Positions 26,128-35,155 of a stretch of 47,394 bases of DNA are shown in pieces. Position numbers and translations under genes: made by a program. The notes under the pieces were generated by a model. That model was given only the letters and a program-made list of their open reading frames with translations. It searched no databases and was not told the origin of the DNA. Numbering within the stretch: position 1 is the stretch's first letter; every line of letters begins with the position of its first letter. The DNA lies in contig JAZNQG010000200.1 of NCBI GenBank assembly GCA_045590035.1, positions 1 to 47,394 of the forward strand, in the 5' to 3' direction. This DNA is from Clostridia bacterium (GTDB lineage: Bacteria; Bacillota; Clostridia; UBA1381).

Positions 26128-26556
26128 GTGTTTCAAAAAATTCGTGAAATATTAAAAAATAAACTGAGCCGTGAGCTTATAGTCTATATAATTGCAGGAG
26201 TGCTTACAACTATGATTGATTGGGTTGTTACATTCCTGCTCGATATTTGGCTTACACCTACAGTAAGCAACGTGATTGCAATAACGGTATCTGTCATTTT
26301 CGCATATGCAGTAAACAGCAGGTGGGTATTTGAAACAAAGCCCGACAGTATAATGTCAGAAATTAAAATGTTCACTGAATTTGTCGGTGCAAGGGTAGTG
26401 TCGAGTGTAATTCAGATTTTAAGTATATTTGTATTTGTTGAAAAGCTTGGATTCAGCCATTTTATAATTAAGGTGCTGACCAGTGTGTTTGTGATAGTTT
26501 TTAATTATGTTGTAAGCAAGCTCTGGATATTTAAAAATAAGGGGGACAGGGAATGA
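26128..26556 (+). CDS. gtrA: GtrA-family membrane protein (polyprenyl-phosphate-sugar flippase-like)
   Basis: The 142 aa protein has 4 TM segments and typical GtrA motifs (YIIAGVLTTMIDW, NSRWVF, FNYVVSKLWIF). It uses a GTG start. Confidence 0.8.
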   Translation: MFQKIREILKNKLSRELIVYIIAGVLTTMIDWVVTFLLDIWLTPTVSNVIAITVSVIFAYAVNSRWVFETKPDSIMSEIKMFTEFVGARVVSSVIQILSIFVFVEKLGFSHFIIKVLTSVFVIVFNYVVSKLWIFKNKGDRE

Positions 26557-28001
26557 AAACAGAATCAAAGAATAATATCTCTTATATATTTCTGTTTATC
26601 CTGGTGTTTTTTGCGACATTTATGGTGAACATGAATGTATCGCTCTTCGGCGATGATTTCTACTATGCAACCTTTGGGGACCTTGGATTTATAAAAACAC
26701 ATATTGAGCACTATGAGATAGTAAACGGAAGAGCGATAGTACATCTTTTGGCGACCGCATTTTTAATGCTTCCAATGTGGGTTTGGAGTATAGTAAACTC
26801 TCTGATGTTAGCGGGGATTGGCACAATGTCTTTAAAGATTGCAGTTCCCGGGAAATGTCAGGCGAATGTATGGATGCTGGCACTTTCATCACTTTTTCTT
26901 TTAAACATTGATATAACACGGGAGAGCGTATATTGGCTTACTGGCTCTTTTAACTATGTATATCCCTTTTTGCTTCTTTTGGTGTTCTGGTATTTCCTTA
27001 TAAAAAGCGAAAAAAGACATTATAAGCTTCTTTATATTTTCGCATTTTTATCATCTGCCACAACCGAGCAAAACGGTATGATGACTCTTGGAGTACTGGT
27101 TTTATATATTCTGGATTCGCTTTTTATAAAAAGAAGAAATCCGGGGAAGAAGATATGGTTTCTTTTATTGCCTGTAATTTTGGGATTTTTAAGTGTTTAC
27201 CTTTCGCCTGCCACCTTTGTAAGATTTGGGTTGGAGACCGAAAAGGGAATGCTCCAGATTATGAAAGAAACATTCCCGAGACTTTCCTATGACTTTTTTG
27301 CGAAGAAATATATGAGAATCTTTGCATTTATAAACTTTGCGTCAATGGGACTCTATATTATGAGATTTTCGAGAAGCATTGTGGGAAGATTTTTAGGGTT
27401 ATTAAATATAATCGCCATAATGTCTGTGTACTTTATATCAAAAACGCCATTTGACTTAAAAGGTCAGCATGAAACATTGGCACTTTATGTAATAGGAATT
27501 ATCCTGTTTTTTGATATTTTGTTTATCTTTATAAACCTTATAAAAAGAAAGCCTTATGGCTACCTTACACCGATTGTGGCGGTAATTTTAGCATTCGGCT
27601 CGCAGATTATGATGACGGCATCTCCTGTATCGGGACCCAGAACAATGCTCTGCGCCGTACTTAATCTTATAATATTCGACCTTTTCCTTTTAAAAGCGGT
27701 TTCGGACAAAAACTCGTATAAGGTGTTAGCATATATTCTTGCATCTGTTTCTTTAATACTTGGAATTTCCAATCAGATATCTGTTATTGACGGATACAGA
27801 CAGAATGTGCCCGTATACAAAGAAAACGAAGCTATAATAGAAAAATATAAACAAAACCCGACAGGTGAGCTGGAATTATATACACCGAAAAATCCTGACC
27901 ATTGCTGGTCGATGCCCAATGTCAGCATTTATCACGAAGGGAAGTATAAAATATACCACGGCATTGATTTAAATGATAAAATAAACTGGACAAATCCTTA
28001 A
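26553..28001 (+). CDS. large polytopic membrane protein, GT-C-like glycosyltransferase candidate (GtrII/ArnT-like role)
   Basis: The 482 aa protein has at least 10 predicted TM segments and an acidic DD motif (FGDDFYYA) after TM1. Its ATGA start overlaps the gtrA stop. Confidence 0.5.
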   Translation: MKTESKNNISYIFLFILVFFATFMVNMNVSLFGDDFYYATFGDLGFIKTHIEHYEIVNGRAIVHLLATAFLMLPMWVWSIVNSLMLAGIGTMSLKIAVPGKCQANVWMLALSSLFLLNIDITRESVYWLTGSFNYVYPFLLLLVFWYFLIKSEKRHYKLLYIFAFLSSATTEQNGMMTLGVLVLYILDSLFIKRRNPGKKIWFLLLPVILGFLSVYLSPATFVRFGLETEKGMLQIMKETFPRLSYDFFAKKYMRIFAFINFASMGLYIMRFSRSIVGRFLGLLNIIAIMSVYFISKTPFDLKGQHETLALYVIGIILFFDILFIFINLIKRKPYGYLTPIVAVILAFGSQIMMTASPVSGPRTMLCAVLNLIIFDLFLLKAVSDKNSYKVLAYILASVSLILGISNQISVIDGYRQNVPVYKENEAIIEKYKQNPTGELELYTPKNPDHCWSMPNVSIYHEGKYKIYHGIDLNDKINWTNP

Positions 28002-28008
28002 AAAGCTA

Positions 28009-28037
28009 TTGAAATTAAGCCCAAAAAGGTATACAAT
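28009..28037 (+). promoter_or_regulatory. promoter for the dehydrogenase/isomerase pair
   Basis: TTGAAA (28009-28014), a 17 nt spacer, then TACAAT (28032-28037). Confidence 0.6.
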
Positions 28038-28069
28038 TAACACAACTATGATATTTGGAGGGAAAACAT

Positions 28070-29077
28070 ATGAAAAAACTTTATGTAGAAATGCCGGCAG
28101 GTGAACTAAGAGAGAGCTTTATCCCTAAGCATATAAGAGAATATGCCGAGAAGTATTTCGATGTTACTTATAATGAGGCCGAGACTCATCCTGAAAAGGC
28201 TGAGCTTAATAAGATATTAAAAGACTATGATGCAGTAATTACAGGTTGGGGCACAAAAACTCTTGATGAAGAAGTGCTCTCGGGTAATGACAGATTAAAG
28301 CTTATGCTTCATACAGGCGGAACTGTAGGTAACTATGTAGATGATTATACATATGAGCACGGAGTAAAGGTTTTGAGCGGTAACATTATGTATGCAGAAT
28401 CTGTTGCAGAAGGTACTGTTGCATATATGATGGTTGGTCTTCGCAGAATTCCTACATATGTGCAGATGGTAAGAGAAGGCAGCTGGCCGAGTCAGACTGC
28501 GGTAAGTGAAGGTCTTCTTGACAGAACTGTAGGCATCATAAGCCTTGGCACAATTTCAAGAAAGGTTATTGAAATGCTCCAGTGCTTCAGAGTTAAAATA
28601 AAAATTTATTCAAACTATAAGCCTGAAGACGAGTTTATGGAGAAAAACAACTGCGAAATGGCATCGTTGGATGAAATCTTTGAAACCTGTGATATTATCT
28701 CTGTTCACTCTGCTTTAAATGACAAGACAAGAGGTATGATTAAAGGTGAGCACTTCCAAAAGATTAAAGACGGTGCACTCTTTATAAATACTGCAAGAGG
28801 CGGGGTTATTGACGAAGAAGCTTTGATAGAAGAGCTTAAGAAAAACCGTTTCAATGCACTTTTGGATGTTTACTATCAGGAGCCTTTGGCGGAAGACAGT
28901 CCATTGAGAACTCTCCCGAATGTAATCCCGATGCCTCATATGGCAGGACCTACTGTTGACAGAAGAGAATGGATTACAAAGGCACTTATTGATGAAGCAG
29001 TTAAGTTCTTTAACGGCGAAACAGAGTCAGACTTTGAAATCACTCACGAGGTTTCAAAGAGAATGACAAAAATGTAA
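28070..29077 (+). CDS. D-isomer-specific 2-hydroxyacid dehydrogenase family protein
   Basis: NAD-binding GIISLGTISRKV, catalytic-region NTARGGVIDEEAL, and MPHMAG. The ATG at 28070 follows a GGAGGG RBS. Confidence 0.85.
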   Translation: MKKLYVEMPAGELRESFIPKHIREYAEKYFDVTYNEAETHPEKAELNKILKDYDAVITGWGTKTLDEEVLSGNDRLKLMLHTGGTVGNYVDDYTYEHGVKVLSGNIMYAESVAEGTVAYMMVGLRRIPTYVQMVREGSWPSQTAVSEGLLDRTVGIISLGTISRKVIEMLQCFRVKIKIYSNYKPEDEFMEKNNCEMASLDEIFETCDIISVHSALNDKTRGMIKGEHFQKIKDGALFINTARGGVIDEEALIEELKKNRFNALLDVYYQEPLAEDSPLRTLPNVIPMPHMAGPTVDRREWITKALIDEAVKFFNGETESDFEITHEVSKRMTKM

Positions 29078-29099
29078 TTAAAAGGAGTATCTTTCTTTG

Positions 29100-29909
29100 A
29101 TGAAAAGAGCATTCAGCACGGTGGCGTGCATGGGAAAGACCTATAAAGAAATTGCTGAATATGCGTGCGACGCTAATCTTGCTGTTGAGATAAGACTCGA
29201 TAATGACGGCGGAGTTTTAGGACTTCACGGGGACGATTTAAAGGAACTTTCTGATTATTTCAATAAAAACGGCGTTGTAGTTTCAAATATCGGAACAAGC
29301 GTTGCACTTTTTGACTATGAACCCCAAAAAATTGAATCTGCAAAGAAGGCAATAATGTCGGCAAAGGCTGTCGGAGCTTCTTCGATAAGAGTTTTTTTGG
29401 GAAGATTTATAAAAAGATTTTCTTTAGAGAACGAGTGTTCTTATGACGGAATTGTAAAGGCTTTAAAGGAGCTTTGCGAGTTTGCTAAAGAAAATGAAGC
29501 CGAGATTTGGGTTGAAACCCATAATAACTTCTCGACGGGAAAGGTTTTAAAAAAGCTCTGCGATGATGTCGGATATGAAAATTTAAAGATTATCTGGGAT
29601 ATAATTCATCCGTATGAGTTAGGCGAAAGCCCTAAAGAGACATTGGATTATCTTGGCGACAAAATCGCACACGTTCATATAAAGGACGGAGTACGTCATG
29701 AAGATCCCGATATGATAGATTATGTATATACCGTGCTTGGCGAAGGTGAGCTTCCGATTGCTGAAATTGTCGGACTTTTAAAGGATTTTGGATTTGACGG
29801 TTATCTGTCGCTCGAATGGGAAAACGAATGGAGAGAAGAAATCAAGGGTAAATATACCGATATTAAAAAACTTCTTTCCGATTACAATGCTTTTATGGAC
29901 AACATATGA
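29100..29909 (+). CDS. sugar phosphate isomerase/epimerase (xylose-isomerase-like TIM barrel)
   Basis: Typical pattern SSIRVF, WVETH, WDIIHP, HVHIKD, LSLEWE. Confidence 0.75.
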   Translation: MKRAFSTVACMGKTYKEIAEYACDANLAVEIRLDNDGGVLGLHGDDLKELSDYFNKNGVVVSNIGTSVALFDYEPQKIESAKKAIMSAKAVGASSIRVFLGRFIKRFSLENECSYDGIVKALKELCEFAKENEAEIWVETHNNFSTGKVLKKLCDDVGYENLKIIWDIIHPYELGESPKETLDYLGDKIAHVHIKDGVRHEDPDMIDYVYTVLGEGELPIAEIVGLLKDFGFDGYLSLEWENEWREEIKGKYTDIKKLLSDYNAFMDNI

Positions 29910-29913
29910 TAAA

Positions 29914-29942
29914 CAAAAAACCACCCAAACGGGTGGTTTTTT
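29914..29942. terminator. bidirectional terminator (end of the polysaccharide operon and of the isomerase gene)
   Basis: Stem CCACCC/GGGTGG is flanked by A6 and T6. Confidence 0.85.
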
Positions 29943-29954
29943 CAATTCTATAAT

Positions 29955-31046
29955 TTATTTTTCTAAAATGTCTGCGATTCTCTTGGAGGCAAAACCATCC
30001 CCATAAGGATTAGATGCTTTTGACATTTTGTCGTAAGCCTCCTTGTTTTCCAAAAGAAGCTTGAAGTTATCGTAAATAACCTTTTCCGTTGTTCCCACAA
30101 GCTTAAGTGTTCCTGCCTCTATACCTTCAGGACGTTCTGTCGTGTCTCGCATTACAAGGACAGGCTTACCAAGAGATGGAGCCTCCTCCTGAATTCCACC
30201 ACTATCGGTAAGAATCATATAGCTATGAGCAAGGAAATTATGAAAATCAAGAACTTCAAGCGGTTCTATAATATGTATGCGGTCTAAACCGCTAAGCTCT
30301 TCATCTGCCGCCTGACGAACAATAGGATTCATATGTATTGGATAAATAGCTTTTACGTCGGGATGTTCATCCATTACCTTACGGATTGCCCTGAACATAT
30401 TGTGCATCGGCTCGCCAAGATTTTCTCTTCTGTGCGCAGTAATCATAATAAGTCTGCTGCCTTTTGCCCACTCAAGTTCAGGGTGAGTATATTCTTCTTT
30501 CACAGTCGTTTTAAGCGCATCAATAGCAGTGTTGCCTGTGACATATATACTTTCTGGATCTTTTCCCTCATTTAACAGATTCTGTTTTGACAGCTCGGTA
30601 GGGGAGAAGTTATACTTTGCGATGATGCCCACAGCCTGGCGGTTAAATTCCTCGGGATAGGGACTAAAGATGTTATATGTGCGAAGCCCTGCCTCAACGT
30701 GACCTACAGGAATCTGCTTATAGAAGCATGCAAGCGATGTTACAAAGGTAGTTGAAGTATCGCCGTGCACGAGCACAACATCTGGTTTTGCATCATCAAG
30801 CACATCGCCGATACCATTTAAAATATTTGTTGTTATATCAAAAAGTGTCTGCTTGTCCTTCATTATAGAAAGATCATAGTCGGGCTGAACATTGAATGCA
30901 CTAAGCACCTGGTCAAGCATCTGTCTGTGCTGACCTGTTACGCACACAACTGTTTTTATATTCTTTCTTGATTTAAGCTCGTTTATAAGTGGACACATTT
31001 TAATTGCTTCAGGACGTGTTCCGAATACCAGCATTATTGTTTTCAT
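29955..31046 (-). CDS. wecB: UDP-N-acetylglucosamine 2-epimerase (non-hydrolysing; WecB/MnaA/Cap5P-like)
   Basis: FGTRPEAIKM, HVEAGLRT, HRREN, DSGGIQEEAPSLGKPVLV. Confidence 0.93.
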   Translation of the reverse strand: MKTIMLVFGTRPEAIKMCPLINELKSRKNIKTVVCVTGQHRQMLDQVLSAFNVQPDYDLSIMKDKQTLFDITTNILNGIGDVLDDAKPDVVLVHGDTSTTFVTSLACFYKQIPVGHVEAGLRTYNIFSPYPEEFNRQAVGIIAKYNFSPTELSKQNLLNEGKDPESIYVTGNTAIDALKTTVKEEYTHPELEWAKGSRLIMITAHRRENLGEPMHNMFRAIRKVMDEHPDVKAIYPIHMNPIVRQAADEELSGLDRIHIIEPLEVLDFHNFLAHSYMILTDSGGIQEEAPSLGKPVLVMRDTTERPEGIEAGTLKLVGTTEKVIYDNFKLLLENKEAYDKMSKASNPYGDGFASKRIADILEK

Positions 31047-31058
31047 GTGATAACTCCT

Positions 31059-32216
31059 TTAATCAAGCCCTAATGTTGAGTTAATCTTTTTAATGTTGTC
31101 AACTTCATTTTCGGACATATTATTGGCATAGGAAAATTCAGAAGCCATACGCTTTGTTTTTCCTACCTGCACCGCTTTTATCCATCTTACAATCCAGTAA
31201 AACGGTAACAAATAAGGTGCTTTTTTTAAAACGGGATATGATACTGTCATAGCTTTGTAGGGCAGGAAAAGTGTTTTTATGATATAGCCTAGAGAACTGT
31301 CTGTTCTGGATTTTTTAACAGCAATTTTATTTTCCTGGCTTCCATATACCCCGCCTTTGAAAATATAATCAAGAACCAAATCTGAAAATTCGTCCTTGTC
31401 CATGCCACTAAAGCACATATCAGCGATATTGCTCATTTGTTCGGCGAACTTATAAAGCCTGGCCTTTTTTAGAAGTTTTTCTGCACAAGTATATGGGGCA
31501 TCCATTTTATTCTGGAGCACCCATATATCCATAAGGCTCTTAATTCCGCACCCGCCTGTAATAAAATGATGTGCCATATGGGAGAAAATCTGAAAGACAA
31601 AAAACTCTTTCTTTAAAGAGAATTTTGAGCCTTCCGAAGAATCTACATAATCCCACACATCCGCTAAAACTGAGTCGAGGTTCTCCATGTTCTCTTTAAT
31701 GCTGAAATGAAGCTCTAAATGGACGTTTTTAGGCGAAAACAGGGATATGTCATGAAAGTGCCTGTCTTCTGCGCGATAGCCTATATTTTGGAGCTTACTG
31801 ACCGCTAAATCAAGGTCTGTTTCATGAATAAGAATGTCAATATCACAACTTGTACGCATACTTTCATATGGATAATAGGGTCTTATTACAGGACCTTTTA
31901 AAGGAATATATGAAATCTTTGCTTCATCAAAAGCTTTACATATTTCAGAAAGGGTATATTTTTGCTGCTCATATCGCATTACCGACAAAATTTCTTCCTT
32001 TTGGAGCTTTGCCCAAAGCTCGGGAGCAACTTCTATATTGTTTTCATAAATAAACTTTGCAATAATATGTGCAAGGTCATGTTCTTTTGCAAGTCGGCAT
32101 ACCGACATAAGCACCTGGGGAGTAAGCTTTTCTTTAAGTGATAAAGGAGCCTTGTCCTCATGAAGTGCTAAGGAGAGAATTTCTATCAGTATGTCTTGTG
32201 CTTCTTTTTGGTTCAT
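31059..32216 (-). CDS. uncharacterised nucleotidyltransferase-fold protein (PF14907-like)
   Basis: GP...SCDIDILIH resembles the polymerase-beta-type NTase motif. The size and the capsule-locus context fit the family as I recall it. Confidence 0.55.
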   Translation of the reverse strand: MNQKEAQDILIEILSLALHEDKAPLSLKEKLTPQVLMSVCRLAKEHDLAHIIAKFIYENNIEVAPELWAKLQKEEILSVMRYEQQKYTLSEICKAFDEAKISYIPLKGPVIRPYYPYESMRTSCDIDILIHETDLDLAVSKLQNIGYRAEDRHFHDISLFSPKNVHLELHFSIKENMENLDSVLADVWDYVDSSEGSKFSLKKEFFVFQIFSHMAHHFITGGCGIKSLMDIWVLQNKMDAPYTCAEKLLKKARLYKFAEQMSNIADMCFSGMDKDEFSDLVLDYIFKGGVYGSQENKIAVKKSRTDSSLGYIIKTLFLPYKAMTVSYPVLKKAPYLLPFYWIVRWIKAVQVGKTKRMASEFSYANNMSENEVDNIKKINSTLGLD

Positions 32217-32236
32217 ATATCTTCAACCTTCTGGGA

Positions 32237-33418
32237 TTATTTTCTCCAAACCATCTTGTTTACGACATTGGTATATGACTGGATTATTTTTACAACCTTT
32301 GTTGATACATTTTCTTCAACATAAGTGGGAACAGGTATGCCGTGGTCGCCGTTTTCTGTCATAGAAACTGCAGTTTCTACCGCCTGAACAAGACTGTTCT
32401 TGTCAATACCTGCGAGAATAAAGCAAGCCTTATCAAGCGCTTCAGGACGCTCTGTTGAGGTTCTTATACATACTGCAGGGAATGGATTTCCTATACTTGT
32501 AAAGAAGCTTGATTCTTCCGGGAGCGTTCCGCTGTCAGATATAACTGCAAAAGCATTCATCTGGAGATTGTTGTAGTCATGAAAACCTAAAGGCTCATGC
32601 TGAATAACTCGTTTGTCAAGCTTAAATCCGCTTTCCTGAAGTCTTTTTTTGCTTCTCGGATGGCATGAATAGAGAATGGGTAAATCGTACTTTTCTGCAA
32701 TTTTGTTTATTGCGGTGAAAAGTGACAGGAAGTTTTCTTCTGTGTCAATATTTTCTTCTCTGTGTGCAGAAAGAAGGATATATTTTTTCTTTTGAAGTCC
32801 AAGCTTTGATAGAATGTCGCTTGCTTTAATATCATCAAGATTCTCATGCAGAACTTCTGCCATAGGCGAGCCTGTTACATAGGTTCGCTCTTTAGGAAGA
32901 CCGCACTCGTGGAGATATCTTCTTGCATGCTCGCTGTATGCAAGGTTTACATCGGATATAATATCGACAATTCTTCTGTTTGTTTCTTCAGGAAGACATT
33001 CGTCTTTACATCTGTTACCTGCTTCCATATGGAAAATAGGAATATGGAGTCTTTTTGCCGAAATTGCAGAAAGGCAGGAATTCGTATCACCAAGGACTAA
33101 AAGTGCATCGGGCTTTATTTGATTCATAAGCTTATATGAGCAGTTAATGATATTGCCGACTGTAGCACCTAAGTCATCTCCTACAGCGTCCATATATACC
33201 TCAGGGTTCTCAAGCTTTAAGTCTTTAAAGAATACTCCGTTTAAGTTATAGTCATAGTTTTGACCTGTATGTGCTAAAACTGTATCAAAATACTTTCTGC
33301 ACTTATTTATAACTGCCGCAAGTCTTATTATTTCAGGTCTTGTTCCTACGATAATAAGAAGCTTGAGTCTGCCGTCATTTTTAAAACTTACATCTGAATA
33401 ATTTAATTTAATATCCAT
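32237..33418 (-). CDS. capG: UDP-2-acetamido-2,6-dideoxy-L-talose 2-epimerase (Cap5G/FnlC-like)
   Basis: Long colinear similarity to S. aureus Cap5G (IVGTRPEIIRL, HTGQNYDY, LGDTNSCLSA, HMEAGNRC, SAHREENID, SDSGTL.EESS, RTSTERPE, STKVVKIIQSY). Confidence 0.92.
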   Translation of the reverse strand: MDIKLNYSDVSFKNDGRLKLLIIVGTRPEIIRLAAVINKCRKYFDTVLAHTGQNYDYNLNGVFFKDLKLENPEVYMDAVGDDLGATVGNIINCSYKLMNQIKPDALLVLGDTNSCLSAISAKRLHIPIFHMEAGNRCKDECLPEETNRRIVDIISDVNLAYSEHARRYLHECGLPKERTYVTGSPMAEVLHENLDDIKASDILSKLGLQKKKYILLSAHREENIDTEENFLSLFTAINKIAEKYDLPILYSCHPRSKKRLQESGFKLDKRVIQHEPLGFHDYNNLQMNAFAVISDSGTLPEESSFFTSIGNPFPAVCIRTSTERPEALDKACFILAGIDKNSLVQAVETAVSMTENGDHGIPVPTYVEENVSTKVVKIIQSYTNVVNKMVWRK

Positions 33419-33943
33419 TTATTTATCTCCATTCAATGCGTATTTTCTGTTTTCTATAACCTGTCCTGATTCAACCTTCATAAGAGCGGGAATTCTGTTT
33501 TCGGCTTTAACAATTGCGCCGGGGGATACATGAACACCCTTTTCTATAATACAGCCGTGGTCAACTAATGCGCCTATATTTATTATACAGCCTTTTTCTA
33601 CGGTTGTGTCTGTATTCACTACGGCTTTCGGGAAAACAACACATCCCAAACCGATTGTTGCTCTCGGACTTATATAGGCATCGGGATGAATGATTGTCAT
33701 AATTTTTGCCCCTTCTTGTTCTAGCTTTTCGATAAAGTCAAGCCTTAGTGTATTATTTCCGAAAGCGGGGTAAAACTCTGTGTTTTCGTCGATATAATCG
33801 GCAAAGCTGTTACATTTGCCGATTATGTTTTCGGCAGATGAATTATCGTCTAAAAATACTATTTCGTTGTATTTTCCTGACTGTAGAGCAACATCGGAAA
33901 CAGTTTGTCCGTAGCCACCTGCACCAAGTATTATAAGTCTCAT
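33419..33943 (-). CDS. NeuD/PglD-type hexapeptide-repeat sugar acyltransferase
   Basis: N-terminal ILGAGGYG Rossmann-like lobe and C-terminal left-handed beta-helix repeats (IGLGCVV, GCIINIGALVDHGCII). The start overlaps the capF stop. Confidence 0.8.
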   Translation of the reverse strand: MRLIILGAGGYGQTVSDVALQSGKYNEIVFLDDNSSAENIIGKCNSFADYIDENTEFYPAFGNNTLRLDFIEKLEQEGAKIMTIIHPDAYISPRATIGLGCVVFPKAVVNTDTTVEKGCIINIGALVDHGCIIEKGVHVSPGAIVKAENRIPALMKVESGQVIENRKYALNGDK

Positions 33944-35139
33944 TCTACCACCTCGAAAAATGTATCAGGCTTATTCGGGTCAAAGCATTCGTTAGCCCAC
34001 ATAACAGTTACCAAATCTTCTGTTTCGGAAAGATTGATTATATTGTGTGTATAACCGGGGAGCATATGAATAGCTTCAATTTTGTCGCCGCTTACTTCAA
34101 AATTCAAAACCTCGTCTGTGCCGATTTTTCGCTCCTGTATAAGACCGTGTCCGCTAACTACAATGAAAAACTCCCATTTTGTGTTATGCCAGTGCTGACC
34201 TTTTGTAATACCCGGTTTTGAAATGTTTACAGAAAACTGTCCACATTTTTCGGTCTTAAGAAGCTCGGTAAAACTGCCTCTTTGGTCAACATTCATCTTA
34301 AGCGGGAAGGAAGCCTTTTCTTTTGGAAGATATGAAAGATATGTACTGTATAGCTTCTTTGCAAAAGAGTTATTAGGAATCTCTGGCATCATAAGTGTTT
34401 TGGGCACATTTTTAAAGCTTTCTAAAAGCTCTACGATTTCGCCTAAGGTTACCTTGTGTGTTACGGGAGCCGCGTAAAACTTGCCGTCTTCAGAAAGGAC
34501 AGTATTTATGCCGTCAAATGTACATTTATGTGCTTTTCCTTCAAGCGCCAAGAACATTTCATCAACAAGGTCGTCAATGTATAAAAGCTCAAGCTCTACC
34601 AAAGGGTCATTTACTGTGATTTCAAGGTCGTTTGCAATATTGTTGCAAAAAGTTGCAACCGCACTGTTATAATTAGGTCTTGACCACTTACCGAAAAGAT
34701 TAGGAAAACGATAAACAAGTACGGGAGCACCTGTTTGTTTCTCATATTCAAAGAACAAATCTTCTCCTGCCTTTTTGCTTCTTCCGTAGTCAGAGTCATA
34801 TCGACCTATAAGAGTTGCCTGAATTGAAGAAGAAAGGACTATGGGGCATTTGTTATTATACTTTTTTAAGGTTTCTAAAAGTGTAGATGCAAACCCGAAA
34901 TTACCCTGCATAAATTCTTCGGGATTTTTCGGTCTGTTTACACCAGCAAGATTAAATACAAAATCCGACTTTTCGCAAGCTTCTTCTAAAAGATCTTTTG
35001 GAGAATCAATATCGTAAAGATATATTTCTTCTATCTGGAGAGAGGGATGGGTTTTATCCTTGCCGTCTTTTACATTCTGAAGTGCTGCTGCAAGGTTTTG
35101 CCCCACGAATCCTTTAGCGCCTGTAATAAGTATATTCAT
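33940..35139 (-). CDS. capF: UDP-4-keto-6-deoxy sugar 3-epimerase/reductase (Cap5F/FnlB-like, SDR plus cupin)
   Basis: Colinear similarity to S. aureus Cap5F (ITGAKGFVG, LAGVNRP, LSSSIQAT, PNLFGKW.RPNYNS, ATFC, YLSYLP, GSFTE, VNISKPGITKG.HWH, MW.NE.FDPN.PDT). Confidence 0.92.
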   Translation of the reverse strand: MNILITGAKGFVGQNLAAALQNVKDGKDKTHPSLQIEEIYLYDIDSPKDLLEEACEKSDFVFNLAGVNRPKNPEEFMQGNFGFASTLLETLKKYNNKCPIVLSSSIQATLIGRYDSDYGRSKKAGEDLFFEYEKQTGAPVLVYRFPNLFGKWSRPNYNSAVATFCNNIANDLEITVNDPLVELELLYIDDLVDEMFLALEGKAHKCTFDGINTVLSEDGKFYAAPVTHKVTLGEIVELLESFKNVPKTLMMPEIPNNSFAKKLYSTYLSYLPKEKASFPLKMNVDQRGSFTELLKTEKCGQFSVNISKPGITKGQHWHNTKWEFFIVVSGHGLIQERKIGTDEVLNFEVSGDKIEAIHMLPGYTHNIINLSETEDLVTVMWANECFDPNKPDTFFEVVE

Positions 35140-35155
35140 AAAATCACCTTATAAA

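Noticed and set aside
25433-26136. ORFs 25433-25672(-), 25464-25817(+) and 25843-26136(-).
   Set aside because: They lie entirely across the five tRNA genes and their promoter.
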